Below are positions 1-8,462 of a DNA stretch of 29,652 bases, one piece after another. The DNA lies in the NCBI GenBank assembly GCA_963765495.1, contig CAVXWP010000011.1, forward strand, positions 1 to 29,652, written 5' to 3'. How positions within the stretch are numbered: position 1 is the first letter of the stretch; every line of letters starts with the position of its first letter. The translations under genes and the position numbers were made by a program. The notes beneath the pieces are model-generated. The model was given only the letters and a program-made list of their open reading frames with translations, was not told the origin of the DNA and searched no databases. Origin of the DNA: Blastocatellia bacterium (lineage in GTDB: Bacteria > Acidobacteriota > Blastocatellia > UBA7656).

Positions 1-43
1 CCTCTCAAGGCGGAGAGTACGGGTTCGAGTCCCGTTAGCGGTA
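1..43 (+). tRNA. tRNA-Glu(CTC), 3' part (truncated by window start)
   Basis: Anticodon loop CT-CTC-AA closed by GGCG, T-arm ACGGG-TTCGAGT-CCCGT, then acceptor 3' strand and discriminator A at 43; CCA not encoded. Confidence 0.9.
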
Positions 44-63
44 CTCATAATCAGATAGTAAAA

Positions 64-102
64 CCGGCCCGGAGGTTATACCTCCCGGGCCGGAAACATT
101 TT
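64..102 (+). terminator. Intrinsic terminator after tRNA
   Basis: GC-rich hairpin CCGGCCCGGAGG/CCTCCCGGGCCGG (one bulge) followed by AAACATTTT. Confidence 0.65.
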
Positions 103-290
103 CGGGCAAGCTCCCCGGGCAACCATTCTTTTTATTCATTCTGACTGATCTTATAATTTTCATTCCATATCTGGAAAAAATGACGGGTTCGTCATTTCTA
201 TAGGTGGGACATTGATCTTATTTGCAAACAGGTGTTTCTGCCTCACCCAGGACTCTGTAAAAACCGGGCATTTGCCCTGAGGGGGACGAC

Positions 291-698
291 ATGCAGAATA
301 AGCCTTCCGATAGCAAACAATCGCCTGCCGCCAGAAAAAGAAGAAGATTTCAGGTGAACTGGTCCGTCATGGTCGTAGGCCGTGACACTACGGGGGCGAG
401 TTTCATTGAGATGACGGTGCTTGAGAATATAAGCTCTCGCGGCGCTTATCTCTACATCGAGAAATTGGTCGAGGTCGGCGCGATTATTGATCTGTTGATC
501 AAGCTGCCGCTCAAGTCTGACCGGTGGATGAAGTACAGCGGAGAGGTTGTAAGGACCGAAGACTCTTCGGCGGGGGTCGGCACGGCTATGGAATTCAAGC
601 ATTTCCGGCCTGAATTCGTCTCTTCCTCCGCAATTGTGAAATCTAAGAAGGACCAATTACCTCTATCACCCGGCCTATCTCTCCGGTTTCGAGCCTGA
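291..698 (+). CDS. PilZ domain protein (putative c-di-GMP receptor)
   Basis: RxxxR (RKRRR) and N-x-S-x-x-G (NISSRG) motifs, beta-rich body ending GEVVR...GTAMEF; GAGGGGG RBS upstream. Confidence 0.85.
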   Translation: MQNKPSDSKQSPAARKRRRFQVNWSVMVVGRDTTGASFIEMTVLENISSRGAYLYIEKLVEVGAIIDLLIKLPLKSDRWMKYSGEVVRTEDSSAGVGTAMEFKHFRPEFVSSSAIVKSKKDQLPLSPGLSLRFRA

Positions 699-843
699 CC
701 TTTATTCCGTGGGGGTGGTAGGCCGATCTGGTAAGTATATCTTTTACTATTCCGCGAGTCTTCCTGCCTGTTCGCTGGTCGGGCTTTAATATAATGTCTA
801 CTTCCAGCCCCGGATGAATCTCTTTTCGATGCTGATGGCTCAT
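643..843 (-). CDS. ywbE: YwbE family (DUF2196) protein
   Basis: Recognised family signature K.DQRTG..TRG.VKDILT.S..HPHGIKVRL..G.IGRV in a 66-aa ORF. Confidence 0.9.
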   Translation of the reverse strand: MSHQHRKEIHPGLEVDIILKPDQRTGRKTRGIVKDILTRSAYHPHGIKVRLETGEIGRVIEVIGPS

Positions 844-1074
844 GGTCTCAATAGTAGCACCCGTCAGCGCAAAACTTGAAGAATCAAATCAAAGCAGGCA
901 TTGCCCGCGTTATCAAGATTATGAAAGAATGAGAGCGTTCTGAGTATAAGAACTTTTGTGAGGTTGTATTTGCACTCTGTTCCCGGGAAATCGCACTATT
1001 ACAGAAAAGGGTTAGACGCGGATTTTCGGGATGCGGAAGAGACTTATCATTTTCGAGCAAGCGGGAAATCGGTT

Positions 1075-1392
1075 TTGGTAGAGAAGAGGAAATGGTCCAG
1101 ATACAGGATGTCGTCTCCGGTTAAAGTGGCAGGTGTAGATCGGGACGGAATCCCCTTCCAGAGCACAGGCATATTGTGCAACATCAGCGTGGGCGGAGCC
1201 TTCGCGCAGATTAATAGAGGACTTTGCCCCGGAGTGAGCGTAGAAGTAGCAATAGAGTTACCCTTGACCGGAGACAGGTGGATGAGCTACCCGGCAGAAG
1301 TCATCCGCGCAGAAAGCAATGAATCGGGAGCGGGCATTGCTATAAGATTCACTTCCGGCTGGCCTGTTTTTACCAGGGGAACCGCCGGTTAA
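1075..1392 (+). CDS. PilZ domain protein, paralogue of 291..698 (start uncertain: TTG 1075 or GTG 958)
   Basis: RKWSR (RxxxR) and NISVGG motifs; shares LPL..DRWM.Y..EV.R.E with the first PilZ. Confidence 0.8.
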   Translation: MVEKRKWSRYRMSSPVKVAGVDRDGIPFQSTGILCNISVGGAFAQINRGLCPGVSVEVAIELPLTGDRWMSYPAEVIRAESNESGAGIAIRFTSGWPVFTRGTAG

Positions 1393-1424
1393 CACGTTGG
1401 GTTTTCGGGATTGAATTCTCTCGA

Positions 1425-1616
1425 CTATTTCAACGGCTCATCCCCCTCAACCCTCTTGAGCAGAGATAATCTGAGTTCGCATTGCTGACGCAATTCACGC
1501 AGCCTTGCGATGTCACTCTCGCTGGCCGTCTGGTCGCAGTCGAGTTCTCGCCCGATATCGGCAAGCAGAGAGTTAAGCGCCGCCACGTTTCCCGCCAATC
1601 TTTTTCTGCTCTCCAT
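1425..1616 (-). CDS. Small hypothetical helical/coiled-coil protein
   Basis: 63-aa ORF with GGGGA upstream of ATG and amphipathic Leu periodicity; no family recognised. Confidence 0.45.
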   Translation of the reverse strand: MESRKRLAGNVAALNSLLADIGRELDCDQTASESDIARLRELRQQCELRLSLLKRVEGDEPLK

Positions 1617-1792
1617 TGGCTATCCCCATCCCATCTTCTCAAACTATCCGCACTAAGTAAGAGATGCATGAGACTACCCTCAAATACCCCTTGAATTCTT
1701 GTATTCTTATTGCATTAGAGCCTGTTGAAATTTCAATTCTTTTGCAGCCCGACTGATCCTATTTCGCAAGCCCTGCCTACAGGCGTACCTCT

Positions 1793-1962
1793 TTGCGATG
1801 TAGTAGCATTGACCCGGTCATCGAAGCCTACAAAGAGACGTAGACATCACTTTGATCCGGGGGAATTTAGAGCTTACTCCGACCGAGCGAATCGAAAAGC
1901 TGATGCGGCTTCAGGAGTTCGCCTCGGAATTGCGGCGCGCAGGAAAAGAACAGGCAAAATAA
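1793..1962 (+). pseudogene. Small (~55 aa) hypothetical protein, frameshifted at ~1832-1836
   Basis: Adding one A to AAA at 1832-1834 gives SSIDPVIEAYKRDVDITLIRGNLELTPTERIEKLMRLQEFASELRRAGKEQAK*; start unclear. Absent from the ORF track. Confidence 0.6.
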
Positions 1963-2103
1963 TCCTCAGGCATCTTCCTGAGCCGTCTTCATCCACTATA
2001 TCCTTCAGACAATTCCGCCTCGATGTGGCGCGACACCGGAAACAGGCTTAAACTTTGTATTCTGAATTTGCTATTATGCGAGAGCGCGGCTTACGGGAAG
2101 AGT

Positions 2104-5013
2104 ATGCCTAAGAATTTGCGCTCACAATTATTGCGTTATGGCGGCGCGGTTCTGCTTGTCGCAATCGCTACGCTGGCCAGGGCGCTGCTCACTCCACTGA
2201 TTGGAAACACCCTGCAATATTTCACCTATGTTCTGGCGGTGATTTTCGCGGCGTATTATTACCGGCTTGGTCCGGCGCTGGTTGCCACCGCGCTTGGAGC
2301 GGTTGCGGCCCGCTATTATTTCATCTCGCCGATATACTCTCTTGCAATGACTGGCGGGATGGACTGGCTGAGACTGGTCACATATTTCACTATAGGCATT
2401 TCCGTCACCCTGTTGAGCGAGAGCGTACACAGAATCCGCATACGTGGCGAGCAGGCTGCGTTTTCGCTCAAACAACAGCACAAGTGGTTACAGGTGACGC
2501 TTGCAAGCATAGGCGATGCAGTCATCGCTACCGATGCCGAAGGCCGTATCACCTTTATCAACCGCGTAGCTCAGTCCCTTACGGGATGGACGCGATACGA
2601 AGCGGTAGGCAAACCGCTTGAAACAATCTTCAAGATAATAGATGAACAAACTCGCGAGCCGATTGAGTCTCCGGCAAAACGCGTGATGCGCGAGCGATCC
2701 ATCGTCGGGATGTCAAGTCGCGCTCTTCTCGTGGCGAGAGACGGAACCGAGATACCGATTGACGACAGCGGCGCGCCCATCGAAGACGACACAGGAAAGG
2801 TCGAGGGGGTTGTCCTGGTCTTTCGCGATATAACCGACCGACAACGCGCCGACGAGGAGATGCGCAAAAGCGAGGAACGTTATCGCGAACTCTTCGAGAA
2901 CGCAAACGACATAGTCTATACGCTCGACCTCGACGGCAATCTGACTTCAATCAATAAAAGGGGCGAGGAGATAACCGGGTACTCTCGCCAGGAGATTATC
3001 GGCCAGAACATAGCCCCTTTTATTGACCCGGGCGACGTTCAACTGATGCAGCAGGCGCTATTGCGCAAGCAGGATGGCGAACAGCTTACAGTTTACGAGA
3101 TGAATTTGCTGGCAAATGGCGGACGCAAGGTCCGCCTCGAAGTCAGCAGCCGCCTGATTTACAAAAACGGCGACCCCGTGGGCATTCAGGGCATAGCCCG
3201 CGACATAACCGAACGTAAGCAGATAGCCGAGAGACAGAAATTTCTTGCCGAGGCCGGAACCGTTTTAGCTTCGTCGCTCGATTATGAGATCACGCTAAAA
3301 AACCTCGCCAGGCTTGCCACGCCCGCGCTCGCCGATTGGTGCACCGTGCACATACTGGAAGAGGGGGGAGATATTCGCCCTCTCGCAATCGCCTACTCAG
3401 ACCCCTCGGCCGTCGAATTGATAAACCAGTTGCAAGATAGTTATCCGCTCGATGAGAATGCGCCGCAGGGCGCTGCAAAAGTTATTCGCACGGGGGAGCC
3501 TGAATTTTATGCCGAAATCCCGGAATCGCTGCTCGAGCAAACGGCTCGCGATAAAGAACATTTGAAGTTTTTGCGCTCGCTTGGGATGAAGTCGGCCATG
3601 ATAGTCCCGTTGCAGGCGCGAGGAAGAACGCTCGGAGCGATGACATTTGTAACTACCGAATCAGGTCGCCATTACACGACCGCAGATTTCGAGATAGCCG
3701 GAGACCTGGCCCACCGCGCCGCGCTCGCCCTGGACAACGCAAGGCTATATCACGAAGCCAAAACCGCTATCGAATCGCGCGAGGAAGCCCTCAATCTGCG
3801 CGATGAACTGCTGGTGCGCGAGCAGGTGGCCCGCGCCGAAGCCGAATCCGCCAACCGCGCTAAAGATGAGTTTCTGGCTACCGTATCGCACGAACTCCGC
3901 ACCCCGCTCAATGCCATGCTCGGATGGGCGCACATGCTGCGAAAAGGGCTCGTCGTAGAGGAGGACACCGAACGCGCTCTTGAAACCATCGAGCGCAACG
4001 CAAGGGCGCAGGCCCAGATCATCGATGACATTCTGGACGTTTCACGCATCATCACGGGCAAACTCAGATTGGATGTCCGTCCCGTCGAACTTGCTCCGAT
4101 CATCGAGGAGGCGATCTTCTCGACGCAACCCGCGGCTGAAGCGAAAGAGATAGACCTTCAATTTTCGCTCGACCCGGGCACAAGCCCGGTCTCGGGCGAC
4201 CCGGATCGCCTCCAACAGGTGGCGTGGAACCTGCTCGCTAATGCCGTCAAATTTACCCCGGGCGGCGGGCGAATCGAGGTGCGGCTTTGTCAGGTAGATT
4301 CTTACGCGCAACTCAGCATAAGCGATACGGGTCAGGGAATCGACCCTGAGTTTGTGCCTCGCGTCTTCGACCGTTTCCTTCAGGCCGACAGCACAAGCAC
4401 ACGTCTGCACGGCGGGCTGGGGCTGGGGCTTGCCATCGTGCGCTACCTCGTAGAGATGCACGGAGGCGAGGTTTCCGCCGAGAGCCCGGGACTCGGGCTT
4501 GGCTCAACCTTCACCGTAAGATTGCCCATTTTGACCGCGCGCCGAAAGGAGAGTCATCCTGAACTGGTCGAACGCCGAACGACCGAAGAGAGATCGGCTG
4601 AACGGTCGCCTCTACTCGACGGCGTGCGAGTGCTTGTAGTTGATGATGACTCTGATACCCGCGAGATGGTGGCGCTGGCACTCGCCGAGCGGCAGGCAGA
4701 CGTGAAGACATGTTCATCGGTCGGGGAGGCGCTCGACGCTTTCAAAGAGTGGAAGCCGGATGTTCTTGTCTCTGATATACAGATGCCCGAACAGGACGGG
4801 TACGAGTTGATAACCGAGGTTCGCCACCTTGAGCGCGACCGGGATGAGAAGATTCCCGCGGTCGCCCTGACGGCTTATGCGAGGAGCGAAGACCGCGCGC
4901 GCGCCCTCCAGCTGGGGTACAACGTTCACGTGTCAAAACCCGTAGACCCGGCCGAACTGGTTATGGTCGTCGCCGGACTTGCCGGTCGCCTGGACAAAGT
5001 CGGCAACATATGA
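2104..5013 (+). CDS. Hybrid sensor histidine kinase (membrane DUF4118-like input, 2x PAS, GAF, HisKA, HATPase, REC)
   Basis: N-terminal TM helices; PAS ends VFRDIT and IARDIT; H-box SHELRTPL; N-box NLLANAVKF; GLGLGL; REC VVDDD/SDIQMP. ATG 2104 preferred over GTG 2023. Confidence 0.95.
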   Translation: MPKNLRSQLLRYGGAVLLVAIATLARALLTPLIGNTLQYFTYVLAVIFAAYYYRLGPALVATALGAVAARYYFISPIYSLAMTGGMDWLRLVTYFTIGISVTLLSESVHRIRIRGEQAAFSLKQQHKWLQVTLASIGDAVIATDAEGRITFINRVAQSLTGWTRYEAVGKPLETIFKIIDEQTREPIESPAKRVMRERSIVGMSSRALLVARDGTEIPIDDSGAPIEDDTGKVEGVVLVFRDITDRQRADEEMRKSEERYRELFENANDIVYTLDLDGNLTSINKRGEEITGYSRQEIIGQNIAPFIDPGDVQLMQQALLRKQDGEQLTVYEMNLLANGGRKVRLEVSSRLIYKNGDPVGIQGIARDITERKQIAERQKFLAEAGTVLASSLDYEITLKNLARLATPALADWCTVHILEEGGDIRPLAIAYSDPSAVELINQLQDSYPLDENAPQGAAKVIRTGEPEFYAEIPESLLEQTARDKEHLKFLRSLGMKSAMIVPLQARGRTLGAMTFVTTESGRHYTTADFEIAGDLAHRAALALDNARLYHEAKTAIESREEALNLRDELLVREQVARAEAESANRAKDEFLATVSHELRTPLNAMLGWAHMLRKGLVVEEDTERALETIERNARAQAQIIDDILDVSRIITGKLRLDVRPVELAPIIEEAIFSTQPAAEAKEIDLQFSLDPGTSPVSGDPDRLQQVAWNLLANAVKFTPGGGRIEVRLCQVDSYAQLSISDTGQGIDPEFVPRVFDRFLQADSTSTRLHGGLGLGLAIVRYLVEMHGGEVSAESPGLGLGSTFTVRLPILTARRKESHPELVERRTTEERSAERSPLLDGVRVLVVDDDSDTREMVALALAERQADVKTCSSVGEALDAFKEWKPDVLVSDIQMPEQDGYELITEVRHLERDRDEKIPAVALTAYARSEDRARALQLGYNVHVSKPVDPAELVMVVAGLAGRLDKVGNI

Positions 5014-5149
5014 CCGTGTTGTAACCGAAGACGTACGGGCAAAAACCTCTAAAGCCACCGAAAGCCCCCATTCAAGCATCCCTAAAATTGGCGTTTATAT
5101 CCGCACCCTTTCGATGGAATGACAAGACAGAAATGAGGAGGAAAACCTT

Positions 5150-5701
5150 TTGAAACTTCTAAAATCAATGATACTACTGGCGGTACTCGGCCAGGCAATA
5201 TTTGCCGATGGCAACCCCTCTCAACAAAAATGGGCCGAAACCCCGGCTGGAATCAGCCCCGTCTCGATGGCGCGAGCAGGCGAGATAATCGCTTAAGATG
5301 AAGGCGGGATTCAATTCGAAACACCCACCGGCTGGCAGGTCGAGCGGCGCGATGACGGAGATGTCTTTGTCACGACGACCGACAGCGGTCTCATAGTAAT
5401 TTTTGGGATCGTCGAAGAGGACGATATCGATACGAGAGTGGACCAGTTGAAAGCAGGCATGACGGACCGGGTCAAAAACTTTAAGTCTGACGGCGAGCCA
5501 CGCGAGGTCACGTTGAACGGGCTGAAAACAATAGGCGAATCCGGCTCAGGAGAAATCGAAGGCGAACAGGTTCAATGGAGCATTGACGTCATCATGGCTC
5601 GAAAGCCCGTTCTGGTCTACTCATTCGCAGCCACTTCGGTCTGGCACCAGCACACATCCGAATATCAGGCCCTGATCAAAAGCATCAAGAGAATCAATTG
5701 A
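5150..5701 (+). pseudogene. Secreted hypothetical protein (possibly PsbP/DcrB-like) interrupted by in-frame TAA at 5294-5296
   Basis: GAGGAGG RBS, TTG start, signal peptide MKLLKSMILLAVLGQAIFA; frame continues past TAA (codon 49) into GIQFETPTGW and the listed 5438..5701 ORF. Confidence 0.7.
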
Positions 5702-5716
5702 ACGCCTTGAAATGCG

Positions 5717-5885
5717 GCGTGATGCGTGATGCGTGACCTTAAAGGCAGTCTCGTTTTAACGAGGAACTCAGTTCCTCGGCCCCGGAGGGGTCGAAGTAAG
5801 GTAGCCAGTGGCAAGCCCAAGGCGCATCCATTGCGCAACATCAATGGGTAATTCCAAATCTCACGCATCACGCTTCACGCATCAC
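5717..5885. repeat. Inverted heptamer-repeat cassette (GCGTGAT)x3 ... (TCACGCA)x3.5
   Basis: Arms 5717-5736 and 5861-5885 read directly; between convergent genes. Confidence 0.9.
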
Positions 5886-8335
5886 TATTCGTATCTGAGC
5901 GCGACCATCGGATCGACCCGCGTAGCTCGTCTTGCCGGGATCAAACAGGCGGCAATCGCGACGACGATCAGCACTGCCGGTACCACAATGAATGTCAGGG
6001 GATCGGTCGCGCTGACTTCAAACAGCAGGCTTGCCATAACGCGCGTCAGCAAAAAGGCTCCGGCCATGCCGACGCCCAGCCCCACTATCGCAAGCCTGAA
6101 CCCCTGGCCCACCACAAGCGACAATACATTTCCCCTCGTAGCGCCGAGCGCTACGCGAACTCCTATCTCCTGAGTGCGTTGCGCCACCGTATATGACATC
6201 ACACCGTAGATGCCTACGGCCGCGAGCAAAAGCGAGATGGCTGAAAACGTTCCAAGCAACAGTGAAAGAAAACGCGGCCTCACCATCGAATCCGCAACGA
6301 CATCGTTCATAGTACGCAGGTCATATATAGGCACGCTCGGGTCCAGTTCAGAAACCGCCGAACGTATGCTTGAGGCGACCGAACCGGGATTCCCCTCGGT
6401 TCGAACGACAAAGTTCATATCGTTGTCTACGCCGAATTCGACCCCCTGCGCCTGTAGGAGGTAGAGTTCGGGCCCAGCAGGTTTGTCTACGCCTGCGTTC
6501 TTTGTATCTTCGACAATCCCGACGACGGTAAACCAGATGGGAGGATCATTGAAACCCGGATTGATGCGCCGCCCGATGGGGCTATCCTGCCAGAACCGTC
6601 GAGCCATCGCCTGATTGATCACTGCGACCTTCTGCGCTCCCTCGGCGCCGTCGGTTCGTTCAAAGGTCCGACCATCAATTGTTCGAATGCCCATAGTCTT
6701 GAAGTAGTCTTCGCTTATGACATTCCAGTAATCCACATTTTCGGCGGGTTCGTCGGGCGATGTAGGCTTATAATCTTCAATATCGGTGTCATTGGCGTTT
6801 ATCGGTCTGAGCGGCGGCAACCCGCCTGCCTGTGCAGCGGCTTTTACGCCGGGAATCGCGGCCAGGCGCTGTTGCAAGTCTCTGGCAAACTGCACTCGCT
6901 CAGGAGACTTGTATTTTGTCCCGGGCAGTTCAAGGCTCATTGACATAACGGAATTTTGGTCGAATCCGAGTTCGACGTGTTGGAGTTTCCAGAAGGCGTG
7001 GATCATAAGCCCCGAGCCGATTATGGGAATCACGGCGAGCGCGATCTCGGCGATGACGAGAGCCTGTCTGAATCTGTGGCTTCCCCCTCCCGCCACTCTC
7101 TGCCCCGATGATCGCATCCAGATTGCCAGATCGCGATCACGCATCTGGAAAAGCGGCACGAGCGCAAAGAACAAAACCGAAAGCATAGAGATGCCGAGCG
7201 TGAAGGCCAGCACCGTTAGATCAATACTGATTTCGCCCGTGCGCGGTACGCTGTCGGGCGCTGCGGCCATAATAACCGTGAGTCCCACACGAGCAAGAAG
7301 GACGCCTGCCACAGTACCAAGCAGGACCAGAATCATCCCTTCGGCGAGAAACTGACGAAGCAGCCGCATGCGCCCCGCACCCAGGGCCAGCCGCATCGCA
7401 AATTCGCGTCGCCGGGATTCGGCTCTTGCAAGCAGCAGATTGGCGACGTTTACGCATGCGATCAGCAGCACAAAAGCGACCGCGCCCAGAAGCATTAAGA
7501 CAGCGGGACGCACCGTTGCCGTTACGTCTTCGTGCAGAGGGATCATCAAAACCGGGTGGAATTCGGGGTTCAATAAATGCTTTGCCCGGTGCTCGTTCTT
7601 CCACCCCTCCATCAGCGAAGCCATCTCGGCCCGCGCCTGATCGACGCTTGCATCAGGTTTGAGCCGCCCGACAACATTGAGGTAATGCCCTCCCCGGCTG
7701 CCGGGGTTTGCGGGGTCGAACTGAAAAGAGGCAACCACTTCAGCCGGATCATTGCTGCCCGGAGGAAAGACAAATGCCGGAGGCATCACGCCGATGACCG
7801 TATAGGGTTGAGAGTCGATTTGAATCTCTTTGCCGATTATATCGGTCTCTGCGCCAAAGGCGCGCCGCCAGAGCCCGTCCGAGATGATCGCCGTACGCGG
7901 CCCGCCCTTTATATCTTCTTCCGGCATGAAGTTACGTCCTCTGGCAATCGGCACGCCAAGCGTATCGATCAAACTCCGCGTAACCAGCGCGGCAGTGACC
8001 CGAAGCGGTTCGCCCGAAGTACCGATGTTTGCTCCGCCCATAGACCACGCGCCTATGCTCTCCCACGATTTGGCCTCGTTCTGGATATCCATGAACTCCG
8101 GCGCAGAGATCCAGAATTTCTTCAAATCCATTGTCGGGAATTCACTGTAAACGCGCACGAGTTTTCCCGGTTCGTGATAAGGCAACGGCCTGAGAAGCAC
8201 GGCATTGACTACGCTGAAGATAGCGGTGTTTGCGCCGATACCGAGCGCCAGCGTCAATACGGCGACCATAGTAAAACCGGGGTTCTTTGCCAGTATTCTG
8301 AATCCATATCGAAGGTCTTGCCAGAGACTGTCCAT
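5885..8335 (-). CDS. ADOP-type duplicated ABC permease (2x MacB_PCD/FtsX)
   Basis: Starts [13 protein letters not shown] with GGAGG RBS (8335 preferred over 8407); [30 protein letters not shown], ends DPMVALRYE. Confidence 0.93.
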   Translation of the reverse strand: MDSLWQDLRYGFRILAKNPGFTMVAVLTLALGIGANTAIFSVVNAVLLRPLPYHEPGKLVRVYSEFPTMDLKKFWISAPEFMDIQNEAKSWESIGAWSMGGANIGTSGEPLRVTAALVTRSLIDTLGVPIARGRNFMPEEDIKGGPRTAIISDGLWRRAFGAETDIIGKEIQIDSQPYTVIGVMPPAFVFPPGSNDPAEVVASFQFDPANPGSRGGHYLNVVGRLKPDASVDQARAEMASLMEGWKNEHRAKHLLNPEFHPVLMIPLHEDVTATVRPAVLMLLGAVAFVLLIACVNVANLLLARAESRRREFAMRLALGAGRMRLLRQFLAEGMILVLLGTVAGVLLARVGLTVIMAAAPDSVPRTGEISIDLTVLAFTLGISMLSVLFFALVPLFQMRDRDLAIWMRSSGQRVAGGGSHRFRQALVIAEIALAVIPIIGSGLMIHAFWKLQHVELGFDQNSVMSMSLELPGTKYKSPERVQFARDLQQRLAAIPGVKAAAQAGGLPPLRPINANDTDIEDYKPTSPDEPAENVDYWNVISEDYFKTMGIRTIDGRTFERTDGAEGAQKVAVINQAMARRFWQDSPIGRRINPGFNDPPIWFTVVGIVEDTKNAGVDKPAGPELYLLQAQGVEFGVDNDMNFVVRTEGNPGSVASSIRSAVSELDPSVPIYDLRTMNDVVADSMVRPRFLSLLLGTFSAISLLLAAVGIYGVMSYTVAQRTQEIGVRVALGATRGNVLSLVVGQGFRLAIVGLGVGMAGAFLLTRVMASLLFEVSATDPLTFIVVPAVLIVVAIAACLIPARRATRVDPMVALRYE

Positions 8336-8403
8336 ATTTCCTCCATTGATCAGTCGTGAGTTTCGAATTGCCGATAATAGTGCCGGAGTCGGCAACCACC
8401 CAT

Positions 8404-8455
8404 TCAAAACTCAAAACTCAAAACTCAAAACTCAAAACTCAAAACTCAAAACTCA
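8404..8455. repeat. Perfect heptamer tandem repeat (TCAAAAC)x7.4
   Basis: Counted directly; lies between the two ADOP genes, 7 nt after the upstream gene's stop. Confidence 0.97.
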
Positions 8456-8462
8456 CCCCTCC

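Noticed and set aside
1-2000. Genomic island or prophage integrated at tRNA-Glu
   Set aside because: No integrase or phage genes, and I saw no duplicate of the tRNA 3' end in the window.
1800-2020. c-di-GMP riboswitch near the PilZ genes
   Set aside because: No convincing GEMM-type stems; the region is better explained as a frameshifted small CDS. An Rfam scan would settle it.
1725-2051. 108-aa ORF from the track
   Set aside because: No recognisable features; overlaps the more protein-like frameshifted gene in other frames.
5294-5296. Stop-codon reassignment or Sec/Pyl read-through
   Set aside because: The codon is TAA, which ends other genes here; Sec and Pyl use TGA and TAG.
8336-8407. 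24-aa N-terminal extension of ADOP-1
   Set aside because: Family-typical start and GGAGG RBS are at 8335.
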